A stretch of 64,000 nt of DNA from Balanoglossus misakiensis (lineage: Eukaryota; Animalia; Hemichordata), in assembly GCA_040954595.2 (NCBI GenBank), contig CM082577.2, forward strand, positions 6,907,846 through 6,971,845. The letters run 5' to 3'. A model generated the notes under the pieces. That model was not told where the DNA came from and did not search any database. It saw nothing but the letters and a program-made list of their open reading frames with translations. The translations under genes and the position numbers were made by a program. Within the stretch, counting starts at the first letter, position 1, and each line of letters opens with the position of its first letter. Shown here piece after piece: positions 35,713-48,700 of the stretch.

Positions 35713-35730
35713 TTTATTAGGGGTTTTATT
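35713..35730 (-). terminator. Two AATAAA polyadenylation signals (-) for LUC7
   Basis: TTTATT at 35713-35718 and 35725-35730, ~1.1 kb after the stop. Confidence 0.5.
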
Positions 35731-36841
35731 TCAAACTTCAATACTTGTCACAGAGATGTGGCAAATTTTACAATATAAGTTCTACCCTGACCTGAAAATA
35801 CAAGTACCTTTTCCCTCTTGCTTTCATCATTTACAGTCACTTCACAGAAGTTTCACAAATCAAAAACTTGACGTTTCTGCCAGTAACGGGAGAATTCACG
35901 CATGAAGCAGAAACCTGTACTTCAAGGGGCTACTACTTCTCAGCAGAAAAAAACTGACTACCAACACAAGTCTTCACTTTCAAAAAAAGACTGAAATCCA
36001 TCACATGGTATATTCTGAAAAATTACAATTATTAATACTCACAAACTTATGAGGGACTGATGAATAAAGTTTTTTTTGTTTAAAATGCCACCTTTTATTA
36101 ATTTTAAGTAAAAGCGTACAGGTATTTATTCTGTTGAATCTATTGAAAGGCATGAACATAAATTATTGGTTCAAAACTGAGGTACAGTATTTTGAGCGAT
36201 ATTGAATGACACAGACTTGTGATCAGTGTCAACGAGGACAAAAAAAATAAGTCCATAATAGCCCGTACAACATATGTCTTGCATTGACCTTTCTGTGCGT
36301 ATAAATACCAATATTACAATCAATTATTCCTGGGGAACATGCAAACAAGTACACTAAGTGGCACTTTTCAAAGCTTCTGCTAGTTCAAGTTTTCATATGG
36401 GGATTTTATACACGTAGTAAGTCAACTGTTATGTAAACTTTGGCGTTTATTTTTTTAAAATATTATGTGGGTCTGAAAATCTGACTTGCATGGTAAAAAT
36501 GTGACTGCAAGGTGGAACAACTACCTAAGTAATGATTATAATTTCACGGGTAAAAATGACCATGAAGCAAGCTATACTTGTGAAACCTATAGAAAGTAAC
36601 AATACCAAGCTCGAACCAAACGTTTACGTCTACAAATAGTTTCATGAAAAAATACAAGCTGAAGTTCAGCCTAATTCTAAGCTTCAAATGCAGTAGCATA
36701 GCGTACATTGGCCGTGAAATTTTCAAACACAGAAATCTGCAAAACCTGGGCTATACGGCAAGTGACTACCCTAAATCGTTTATTATACATAAAAATCTTT
36801 CAAGATCCACAAGATTAGAATTGGCCGATCTTAAAAATTGC

Positions 36842-39800
36842 TTAATCTCTAGACGAATCAGATTCTAGATCATCACCACCGTTTTCTTCATGTGCTCTCT
36901 TAGGAGATTTGTCGTGCCTATCCTTCGGCGAGTCCCTGCTGGCGAGCCTGTCTTTTGAGTTTGACCTGGCAGACCTAGATCTTTCCCTGGACCGCGACCT
37001 CTCCTGTGACCTTGACCTGTCCCTCGTCTTTGAACTTTGGTATCTCTCCTGGGATTTAGACCTTTCTTTAGATTTATACCCGTCCTCTGGCGGGGATCTC
37101 TCCTTGGATTTGGACCCGCTCGCCCTCTCCTGAGATCGTGACCTGTCCCGCGATCTTGACCTATGCGCTCTCTCCCGTGACCTTGACCTTCGACGTCTCC
37201 TGTCCTGATCCCTGACTCTCTCCCGGGGCCTCTGTTGCTCCCTGGAGCGAGACCTCCTTCGGCGGTCACGAGACCTTGATCTGAAGAAAATAAAATCACA
37301 GTGCATTACATGTTTGGGTCAAGTTGTAGCAAAGAAAACGTTTTTCTCAAAATGTTACTTCAGATCCATTTCATGTCAGAAACTTGTAGGTTCAACTAAG
37401 CAATGTCTTTCTATTATCACCATCCAATGACAACCTTCACATGGCTGTAAATTTATTCGAAGAAAAGTCTAGGGCAAACTTGCACAGACAAGAGGTGAAA
37501 CCACGGTACAAACAAAAGCATGTGTGAAAAATGGCCACAGAAATATACCTTCCTTACAAACACACTCCCTGTATATTTTTTGGACCGTTTTTACGCGACT
37601 CATCTAGTTTTTTTTTTATTCCTGAGTATGCCATAGTCATATAAAGGTAGTTTGTGTTAGAGGAAGTTACCTTCGTCTCCTGTCTGTCTTGTGTCTTCTC
37701 TCAGGTGACCTGGATCTGGATCTCCTTCGTCGATCCCTCTCTCTCTCCCGCTCCGGTCGATCCCTACTCTCCCTTTCTCTCTCCCTGGATCTGGACTTTG
37801 ATCTGTGTGTGGAGATTGTAAAAACGCATTCTTGTGAGACATTGTAGGCAGGTGTTGAAAACCTAGACATACCATGGCTCGATTATGTAGCCACAGATCC
37901 TCAATACACATTCATTTCATTTGAGTGCTGTTGCCACTCTGCATGATACTGTGTCAATCAAAATCAAACCCACAAAAGATTTCACATGATCCTGCAATTC
38001 AGAATGGACACTTCCATGCTGTATATCACAGATTTGTTTTACCTTCTTCTGTGGTGTCTGTCGTCAAAAGCCTTTCTTCTCTTTTCGCGGTCTCTTTCTC
38101 GTTCAAGTTCACGCTCCTCCCTTCTCTTGGCTCTTTCTGCTTCCCTCGCTTCTCGCTTGTCCGCCACAAGTTTCTGAACCAAAACAAAAATATAAGACAA
38201 ATTTTATTACCGCAAATTTGAACATTGATACATGTATGCAATTATATGCTTTTTACACCATCATCATCGTCATCAGTCGTCATTTGTCATAACCCCCCAC
38301 CCCCGTTTTGAAAATGTCTAGAGTCTCAAAATGTCAAATTCAATATTCATAACAATGTATCCACCACCACTGAGAGCTATCAGCTATCACAGAATGTGCA
38401 TATTCATCACTAAATTCAACCATAACGTAATCAATCACAAAACCAAGATGAGTTCCCAGGACCCTTGACACCCCCAACTTGTAAGAGAAAGTGGTTTCAT
38501 GTCAGACAAATGATTCTGCATGCAGGGGTGGACAACCAAAGAAACATTAGGAAAATCAACCTACCTGCAGATCCCTCAGTTTGTCTCTGATTGTGATGAA
38601 GCCCAGGTGCAGCTTCCCTCCAAAGTGATCGGCAAGACGTCTATCATTGTCATGTAAACCAAGGTACGCTGAACACACATCGCAGACGCGCAGCTTCTGC
38701 TGTTGAAAGCTGGAGGCCGGCATGGAGTTCCTGTACTCCTCCTGCAAAGGGTTAGGATAAGGATGAAATGCTGTACAGTGGCTGAGCATTTATGCTGGGT
38801 TCGATTGAAGAAAACCCAGTTCTATTTGCAGAAAACTGACCCTTTCAGTTAGTAAGAGGCAACAGCTTTTTAGATACAACACATATCCTACGCATAACTA
38901 CATTCATCATCACTCCTACATGTATGTACATAAAAAGACCCACCTCAGCATCCAGCTTCCTCTTACGCGTTTCTTCAACTTCAGCCAACATCTTCATGGA
39001 TTCTTCCACGTTTCCTTCGGCGCCAAGTTCTTCCGCCAAGGCTACCTTCTTACCGATATCTTCAGCCAATACTTGAACAGCTTGAGCCTGGAACACACAA
39101 GTGTATCAGGTTTATGGAGACACCATCGACACAGCTCAATTAATGAGGCAGTTTTCAGACAGAGAAAACGATCTGAGACAATACCGAAAAATTTTTGGTT
39201 TACAGCATTTCTTATCTGGCAATCATATACCACTGTGAACATGTTTTCCCTATTCTGCAGCCAATACTATCTGACACCGTTTAACAGCGGGTCAAAAGTT
39301 TACGAAAGTCCAGGGCTTGCGTTTACACACCTTGGCTTCAGCTTCTGAACTAAGCTCTTCCTGGGTCTCCGCCAACCTCTTCTTGGCCAGTTCAGTTCTT
39401 CGGTCACAGTCCGCGATGAATGCACTCAGGTGTTCCATAGCCTAGTCCGAGAAGAAGACAGACTTTAATTCAGACATCTACATCCATATGCAACACAACC
39501 AAATTTTCAAGTATGAGATGCTGATCCCCGTCCTTTCCTACTTGTAAACTATACTTACATCGATGTCATATCCATAGTCTCGATCTTTTGATGCACTTTC
39601 GTAGTCTGCTCTCAAAGCCAAATCGTGGACTTTCGGACAATCTCCGAGATCCATGCGCTGAAAAATTTAAAAGATGACGCATACATTTCAGTTGGTTAAA
39701 ACCCCATACTTCCTCACTGTCTGGGGTTCAGAGAACACCACAGTTGTTAACCTGTCAGGGTTGGAAATTCTACTCTGGAGTACATCTAAACCATTTAAAA

Positions 39801-42192
39801 CTCTGATCAAAGTTGCTATCATATCACTGTGTAGGGTTCTTCATATGGATTACTCGTACATGGAAATAATTACTGCAACAAAAATCAAGTCACACTTACT
39901 GTGCTGGCCAGGATGTCATGGGGACAGCAGTTGAGAAGGAACGACTTGCAAACTTTGGGATCAGAGAACTTTACATTCAGTTTGCTTTCCCCTACAAAAA
40001 CAAGAGCATTGGCACGTATCAGCAAATGTACCGAACACGACTTCTGGCAAATAACCAGGTTTGTCCACTTTCTGTTTCATAACTGAAGGAAATTGCTAAC
40101 GATTCAACAGAAGGGCGAGTCAGCTAATTATCAAATTTTTTCCCTCACATTTGAAAAGTGATGGTATTTTGATGCGATACTTGATTTGACAAAACAACAG
40201 TTTGTAAAAATCTTGCCATTTTTGGTAGATTTGCTTTTCATACGACTGGTCGGTATGTTAGCCTGAATTTATCCTAGAAATACTGACTGTGAGATGGTTG
40301 TTTTATTTTTGAACAGTAAAAAAAGTTTACAGATGCTATATTATATATACACACTGCGAACCACAGCAGCAGCACACAGACAGGCTTCTTGTATTATCTA
40401 GAGGCAGTATGTCGATAGCTGGTCTGTGATATCCACCTAAAATAAAGCCAATCATGTTAGGAAAAAAAATCAGCAAGAGACACACTTCAACACACAATGG
40501 ATGAGTCCAGTCACAAGAGTTTACATATACCTCCTTCATTGTCGCATCTTTATTTTTTTCAATTTTTTTTCCTTTCGAGACTTTTGAAATATTTTTTTTT
40601 CTGTGCTCCAGATAAAATTTGCTATAATTTCCTGGAAAACTAAATTCTGAAAATGAATTATTTTTTTCAGAGAACTAGGCCAGAAGTGATACAAATGAGC
40701 TATTGTGATCGAAATGCCAAATTTTCTAAAATGTCAGATTACAAATTGCAGTATATATATATATCACTCGGTGCTAAAAATCATTTGTCTCGTGAAGCCC
40801 CACACAAACGTAACCAGAGCACAGGAAGTGGTCTGTTCATGCTGAACAGCAATGTTTGTGAAATACGAAAGTACATGGATGATGATATGACATCACTGGA
40901 AAACATCAAATGTTCTAAAAATGTTACTGAAAAAGACAATGTAATAACTCACGGCTGCTGCTTTGGACAAGGTTTCATAGCGTACACTGTACATGTTTGC
41001 CACTGGCCGAAGTACCTTGCAAGTTATAGAACCCTTTAGTATAGAAGTGGGCCAAATAGGTTTTCGTCAATAATGATGATCAAATCTGACAGAATATCAC
41101 ACAACATACATATGCACTCACACCTGAATCAGCTTTGAATTAAAATTGGTTATGATTTAATTTTCTGTAAGAAAATAGTTCTTGAAACATGGGCTTTAAA
41201 AATTCAACCTTTTTCAACAGTAGTCTTCAGTTACCTAGACCAATAAAACATTATTTATGCAAGCTCAAATCTACCAGCATTTTAAGTCTGTTATGAAAAA
41301 AATTAATGCTACATGTAAACTCAGATTGTAACTTGTTTACTAATCCAATATTTTGATTGATAAAAGATAATGTTCAGTTAGGAACCAAACAATTTGTATT
41401 TTTCATTACATAGTACATGGACATGTTTTGAAATTTGCGTGATTTTTGCTTTTAGGTGATGGAGCTATTTTTTACAATTTCATGCGTGTACCAGTCTCCG
41501 TAAATCGCACTTTCTCCGCAATTATATCACACACCACACATACAAAATCACTTTATTCCAAATTCCACACGACAATCGGACAGTCAGAAGTAACATTACT
41601 GGCAACACTACGTAGTAATATAACCACAGGCCCTTCAACATTAAGAAATTTGAAATGTTGGAAATAGGAGAATTTTGCCCAATTTGCTCAATGCAATCTT
41701 CAAAATGCCTTTTGATAACTTACATGTATATGCACACGAACGAACCCCCTTCTGTCTGGCCATCAACGACATGACTACGTGTGATTGCCAGAAATAGAAC
41801 GACGACGCCCCACCCCAAAGGCAAAGCATCGTGCGTAAAGAAAATATGGACGCCAGTCAGTCGGGGCCAGGGTTCAATATTTCAACCTGCTTCTACGATT
41901 TATCGGCAATGAAATTTCACACGAACGTCCCACAGCTTCGAACAGGTTGTCCACAATCGTCTCTGGCTGCACAGTGCTTCATCTTGAAGTAAACTGGGAC
42001 GGGACCTTTTCGTCGCTAGCTGGACACACAGCACGAAATGCAGACATTTTTGTCAAAGGCCCGACAGCGCACATTTTGTGATCACATTAAAATACAATTA
42101 TTTCGACAAAACACACAAATAGTGTACTCACCATCTCTCATAGTACCCATTAGTTCGTCGAGCATAGCTCGCATTTGAGCTTGGGCCGACAT
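36842..42192 (-). CDS. LUC7L2: Luc7-like U1 snRNP-associated splicing factor (LUC7L/LUC7L2 pro-orthologue), 461 aa; exons 42192-42132, 39991-39900, 39657-39559, 39441-39331, 39087-38944, 38741-38565, 38173-38043, 37802-37671, 37280-36842
   Basis: MSAQAQMRAMLDELMGT start; ZnF1 VCKSFLLNCCPHDILASTRMDLGDCPKVHD; ZnF2 QQKLRVCDVCSAYLGLHDNDRRLADHFGGKLHLGF; RE/RS-rich tail; 1386 nt in frame, all GT-AG. N-terminus fits the LUC7L/LUC7L2 clade rather than LUC7L3. Confidence 0.96.
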
Positions 42193-42249
42193 ATTGTCGA
42201 CTTATCGGTCTAAAACTGATTTTCAAGAACCTCGTTTCACTGCCCTTTC

Positions 42250-42340
42250 CACGCCAAAATGGCTACCGCGTAAAATCAATCCCATGAGGTAGTGCCGCGT
42301 GGCATGCTGGGAAACTTCCGGTTACAATCACGTCAGGGGA
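42250..42340 (-). promoter_or_regulatory. Housekeeping-type promoter of LUC7: YY1-like CAAAATGGCT (42255-42264), ZNF143/Staf-like TTCCCAGCATGCC (42301-42313, -), ETS ACTTCCGG (42314-42321), CRE-like TCACGTCA (42328-42335)
   Basis: Motif cluster 60-145 bp upstream of the ATG in CpG-rich sequence. Confidence 0.6.
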
Positions 42341-43545
42341 AACTCGCCGTGCTCCAACAGGTGGTGTGTGGAGTTGTATCAGATAAGGGTTGGTTTCATT
42401 CTTGATAAGCAAAGTTCCAATAACAAGGAATATCTCTTAAAACTTGTGTAATGAACAAATACATAGCGAGCCCGTAGAGCTTGTGACATGACACGACAAG
42501 CACAAGTTTGCACGTGTGTGTACAATGACTACACGTGATAAAGTATCCCTACTAGGCCCTAAATGTAGCCTGCTATAGGGTAAATAGATAATAATCGCAG
42601 ACACAGCAAAATGATAAACAAACGATCAGAGCTGGTTTCCAGATATCGTCACAAAAATAAACGTATCCTTGAGAACTACAACATTCCGCGTCTGTGAGAC
42701 TGCGGTCGTCATGACATTTCTCCGGTATATTTTGTCAAAGATCTCATGAAAAAATAACCTCCAAACTTCGTTATACATATCTGTATTTAAATTCTTCAAG
42801 TTTTTGTGTGCTGTTTATTTTGGGTCTTGTGGGTTATGTTGGCAAGCAGAATAGGCCTACTAGCCATGTTAACATGCTGAATGAATCATTACAACAATAA
42901 GATGTAATTGATAACAAAAATGGTATCTTGAAGAAGCTATACTCTACAGCTATTGTAGTGACTTGACGAAAAAAAAATTCTCGAAGGGTTCGTGACTTAC
43001 ACAATGGAAGCAGTTGATAGGCGCCCTCTATACGCCGAAACTTTCAAGACATTCATTGCAAACTCGTCAAGGCGGTTATAAGAAAAACAAACAAGACGAA
43101 TGGCTATATCGCCGGTTTCGTGCCATTGCCATAGATTCACACATCTACGTACCCACCTAGGTAATTCCTTCCGCTACGAATACTAACGGTTTGTAATTTA
43201 TTACGGCGTATGTGACGTGCGTGGCATAAAAAGAGTGCCATATGCCTTCTGCAGTGTTACTAAGGCTGGTCAACGAATATCAATCGAGATGTATTCGTTC
43301 AGACGTATAGATTGCCTCCATAGTGGAAAGCGTATGCCTTTTAGATTTAATAAAAAATGTAGACGTATTATCGCGGACATGTTCCAGGAGTTTGACCTTT
43401 CACAAGCACAAAACATCAATTTATTTAAAATCAAAATGACAGACAACTGTGGAACCCTGACTCCAGTGCATGTGCCATGATCCTTACCACACTTATTTTT
43501 GCTTCTAGTGCGTTTGGTTTGGCCGCCGCAAAGTTAAGATGTAGA

Positions 43546-43548
<3 letters not shown>

Positions 43549-43586
<38 letters not shown>
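43549..43586 (+). repeat. (AG)n followed by poly-G
   Basis: Directly visible. Confidence 0.9.
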
Positions 43587-43587
<1 letters not shown>

Positions 43588-45611
43588 AGAGGGAGAGAGT
43601 ACCGGTAATAATAATTCTCTTAATCAAATCAACCAGGATTGTAGTCTAACTTATAAACGATTATTTGCTGGTTGTCAAGTTCAATTTCCGCAATGTTTAC
43701 TAAGTATACATTCGATAATAGGAATATAAGCTTTGCACCTTACGATCTGATTAGTTGCCCATCCATCATTCATTCACACGACTATACCGCGTCTGGCAAT
43801 CAGCTGGTCAGTGGCGGACCCGAATCAAACTAGCTCCTTGCAACTGTATGCAGAAGACTCCACCAGAATTTATTGCCCGCCAATTCCGAGTCGTCTGCCC
43901 AAAACGCAACCTAATTCTGTCAACAAGTGCTGCATGCACTCGATGCGGCAAATATTTTCATCGCCACTCGCCATTTTCCCATGTGTTCAATGGGTTGTTT
44001 TGTGTACTCGTTTTGTGTTCAGAATTGAAAATAGATTTCCCAATAACCCGATCAATTGAGTCTGTTTTAATACCACGCTGTTGGATTCTCATCGGAGTGG
44101 GCGTACTCGTGCATAGAGGTGGAGCACGACGCATTTATTACTTGCAAAATCCCTAAGCTCTGTCGGTTCCATTCATAAAAAATAAGATAGTTTATCTTCT
44201 TGTCGTCTGCCGGAGACGAATCACACACAAGCGGGAAAAATTATGATTAATGGGTCCGTCTATTCAGACATTCCCCGGGTGTAGTAATCTCCCGTCGGAA
44301 TTTCGAATAATTTACGACAAGCGATGAGATTGTATCGCTTGGTCGAGCGAGTCCTCCTTTACGTGGGAACTGCCGCACGTGTGACTGTCATCGAGATTGA
44401 GTTGACGAGATACGCACAGTCGTTTCTTTGCCGAACAAACATGCTCGTTTACGGTGTAGTCTGCGTGCGAAACTCTGCCTCGTGCGGTGTCGATAAAACA
44501 GTTTATCTGAGAGAGAGAACAAAACTAGGGTAATCGATCATTAAGACAAATAATTATACTGAAAAATCTTGTGCATCCAATGCGTGTCCATCAATGCTGA
44601 GGTGCCTTAAAGTAGGCCTTTCGAGGAAAGTATCTTTGAACTTCATAAAAACAGCACTCTGGCAGACTTCGAATCGTTATTTTTAGACCGGCGCGACGGT
44701 GAACTAGACACAATGCCAACAAAAGTTGGCAACCGTTCAAAATCCCAGTTACACACGACGAGGCGAGTCGCATGGCTGAGTTTGGGAATGAGGTTGATTG
44801 GCACACACGCACGCACCAGCAAGTTAGTAGCAGTTGACTTGACAGACTCGGTCCCCGTTTCCCTCACAGACTAACTCCAAAATCGTCTTAACAAGGAGTA
44901 ATCGTCTAAGGCCATTATTTTTCTCATAAAATTGCATTCCTTTACTTAAATGGGTTTTAAATGATGACGTCTGGAACACAACCCTACGAAAAAGTTTCTT
45001 TTTCTTTGGCACTAATCGCTTTAATGTACAACGTACCCTGGGGCTACATGGTGCTCTCGCAACCATGTACGTACAATTGTCACAAATCGAGGTGTACGTG
45101 TAAACACAAGACATGATAACAGGTGGTTTCATTTTAAGAAGAAAACAGTCCGACTAAATTCCGTTATGAAAAAGGGTGGAATACACTTTTCATAATGGGG
45201 TCAGCTGGCGAGATAAAAAAACACGTGGTCACGACACCGCGCTCATTTCCGAAGTTTACATTTGTTAGTATAAAAAAGAATATGAATTTAACAATTGTAA
45301 TAAGTCATCACACGATCATGTTGTCACGATATCAGTACGCGTCACGGTACATTACAACCCAACAATTGCCATGGTTACACAGGTGTCGCGGATTGCTATA
45401 CCGATTTTGTGTGTGTGAGTGGCTCGCTACGGCGTATCCATCGCAGATGCATTTTGTAATATGTTCCGTTTCCATGCCGACCGGCCTCAAACGATCATTT
45501 CCGTTTATATTGATTATATATTACAGAAAAAAATCAAGTAACCGCATAACTGACAAAGACGATCACGTACTATAAACTCACACACACCCACCCACCAAAA
45601 CCCACCCACTC

Positions 45612-45730
45612 TCATTCATTCATTCATTCATTCATTCATTCATTCATTCATTCATTCATTCATTCATTCATTCATTCATTCATTCATTCATTCATTCATT
45701 CATTCATTCATTCATTCATTCATTCATTCA
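45612..45730 (+). repeat. (TCAT)n microsatellite, ~30 units
   Basis: Directly visible perfect run. Confidence 0.98.
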
Positions 45731-48700
45731 ATATAGCAAATGATGAGTTGCTTAATATTAAAAACCAGAGTGGCGCAACAGTATATAGGCCTACCCGCGA
45801 TGAGCGTCGTTTCTCTTCGCCTGCAGCCGGCCTATACACAGAAACATCCTCTGCACGCGCCACGGGTATTCCCGTCCAGTGATTGAGACCGATAATTCCC
45901 CTTGAACGTATCTCTATGGCGAAAGATAAAAATATTTTAATAATGAACAATTTCTTATCGATTCCGATTTATTTTAACTTTTCCGTGTTTTCTCGATGGC
46001 CCGCCCGAAGAGTTGAATTTAATGCGAAAGATCACCCTGCAGTGAAACGCAATAAAAAGCAAGTCTGTTTGTCGAGCCGCACTGCAACTCGCTATACGTC
46101 CGGGAATCTATATTTGAAACCTGCGGCGTTCTTGTTAACGCCAACCGGCCGTCGGAAATCATTAGGGCGATGAATTGTGGTTCTGTCACAGCGGAGCGAT
46201 AAATTTCAGCGGAATGGAAAGACAATTACGCAGGTATGCCGGCGTCCAGCAGGTGGGAATGACCCGCCGTGTCCATGCCAGGCCAGTTAAATTGTGAATT
46301 ACTCGTGTGTGTGGTTGACACTGGTTTGACCTCTGTCCGTGATAGTGTGGGTTTTGATCGTGACCGAGCACAGTTCATATAAACTTAGTATCGATTTCCC
46401 TGAAGACTTCGGAAAGACGCACAGTCATCACGTAAAAAAATAATGTCGGCCGACTTAATATATGACCTTAGAACGGAAATGTGTTCATCCGCCAAGTGAG
46501 ACAAATATCGTAGACAAGAAACTGGGAATTTCCGAAAGTTTGACGGTCTGGTTTGGGGGTTGGTTGTGTGTTTTTATTATCACGTTCGCCTTTTCTTAGA
46601 GAAAATCGCATCACAAACATCGCGTTCGATGTCGATGCTGCTGCAAATCTCTGAACAGACAGTTATTCATTTTGAGTCAAGAGTAAGCAATTCAGGTATA
46701 CATGTACATCTAGCTGCAAGAACTGTAGTCTTGGTGGGCTGTCAGCGCGATCCAGGCACCCAACTAGACTACCAAGGCTACAATAATTGCAGTTAGTGTA
46801 CACTAAGTGAAAATCTTGCAGATCAAAGTTGACGACATTCCGATTAAATTTTGCACAGTTTAATACGGAAGTCGAACGTCTTCCTCTGCTCCTTACCGAA
46901 CGACTGCAAGCGGGATAATTTACTTGTAACAAAAATTGCATGACTGACAACGCTGTAATTGACTTGGAAAAGTTCAAATAACCTCGTTAAACGGCACTTG
47001 CTTTAATTCGGATTACTATCAAGATATTTACGGCTCTTTGGGCGAAGACGTGACAAAGCAGAGACTGGTCTAATTGCTTCCCCGTCTCGGTGTGACATTT
47101 ACTCGAATTTAAAGTTTCCACCCCCGTAATACAGGCGCTCGTTTCCGCGGGCTAGGGTGCCAAGCGCGCTATTACTTATCAACATTCCATTACGCCGCGT
47201 TACCTCAGCGCCAATAAAAATAGCGTTTCCATTCCTCAGGTGGCCCGCTCCGTGCCACGCGCGCCGAGCAGGTTCTCTTGATTTACGCTGACCGCGGCGC
47301 AAACAAAAACGACAAGAGCGGTCATTAAAATACGCCGGGGGATTCAACATTATGTGTGAATTGGGGGAGGAAAGGAACAAACAGAACACTTGATCGGCGA
47401 TGAATTGGATGTTGACAAAGAGGCAGGGGTCGGCGTCTATAGACGTGGCGATGTACGTGGGTGACGGAGGCAGTAGAAATGACGATCACGGTGATGGTGA
47501 TATTTTAGCCGATGCCTGCGATGCGTTCTATATTTTTATTCAATTACACGAAACTCCGTTGGCGCACAGTCTTTGTGGTGGTTGGAGTTGGGAACTGGCA
47601 GTGTTTTTGTCACTGTTTTACAAGTAAATCCACAAAAACACCAATAATTTTTATTAGTAAAGAGAGTGGAGCTACCGTTCTCAGCTGGCAAAGTCGCGTT
47701 GAAAATTCGCCATCCGTAGAACAAATGGATGGGCCATGATAATTGCAGGTGCAGTCAATCAATGCAGGGTCCCCCCTTTCCATCTTTCCCTGACAGCTGA
47801 TGTCACCTCTTCCGCAGAAAGTCGTTCCACGCAATCGACAGGTGGGTCCTCGCTGCAAAGAGGTCCTCCGCTCTCTGCTGACTGAGTCGCGTGGCAACAG
47901 ATTTGCCTCTCCCCTGGAGGGAGCACCCCGACACCGCTCACGCTGCGTGCCAGTCGATGGCGTACGCCGGGGAGAGAGAAAATAAAACACACATTAATTT
48001 TCAGCGGGAACGTGCCGTGCTGGGCTTTATTGAAAGTGTGCTCACTTCCGTTCGTTAAACAACGATGTCTTCTATAACTCACACGCTTTGACGATGGCTT
48101 CATCTGGTGACGTCAATGGTGGCAGTGAGAATGATATGATGGAGCGACGCACGCACTGTCAGCGGATGTATCACAACGTCAAATCGATCTATCGCCAGTT
48201 TATTTCGTGCACCAATTCACGTGCACATGTAAACATCTTATCTTATTTTGCGTGGTCGTAAATTGATGAAAAAAAACACCGAGTCTGATTCGGTTTTAGC
48301 TTGTACCGTGTCGATATTGGAATCCTAAAAACAATTATCGTCACCGCATATATGTTAACTTTGACGCTGCATGGGAGAAACTAAATCATCAGCGAAAAGC
48401 TCGGACGAAATTTTGGGTATTTTTGAGCTGCATATGTGTTGAAGGCTGTTTCGGGTCAATCTCTGACGAAGGCATCACGTGACTCCAACGGGGTAACGTG
48501 TGAGAATAAAATAAAACTCGTGCAAACCGGCAAATGCGCATTTCGATGAAAACGTACTTTGTCGGAATACTATATATGTCATGAGCAGATTTTTCTGGAA
48601 ATTGTTGTCATTATGCGATTTTGTAAATAATAAAAATAATTTCTTATATAGCGCATTACATAATACATTAACAAATCTTGCTCGAATATTGCTGTAAGAA

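Noticed and set aside
36865-38241. Alternative-frame and antisense ORFs over the LUC7 RS/RE exons (likewise over PALB2 exon 3 and the bHLH exon)
   Set aside because: Shadows of low-complexity or GC-rich coding sequence
38845-38912. C/D snoRNA-like RTGATGA...CTGA in LUC7 intron 5 (-)
   Set aside because: No terminal stem, no C'/D' boxes, and no rRNA/snRNA complementarity that I recognise
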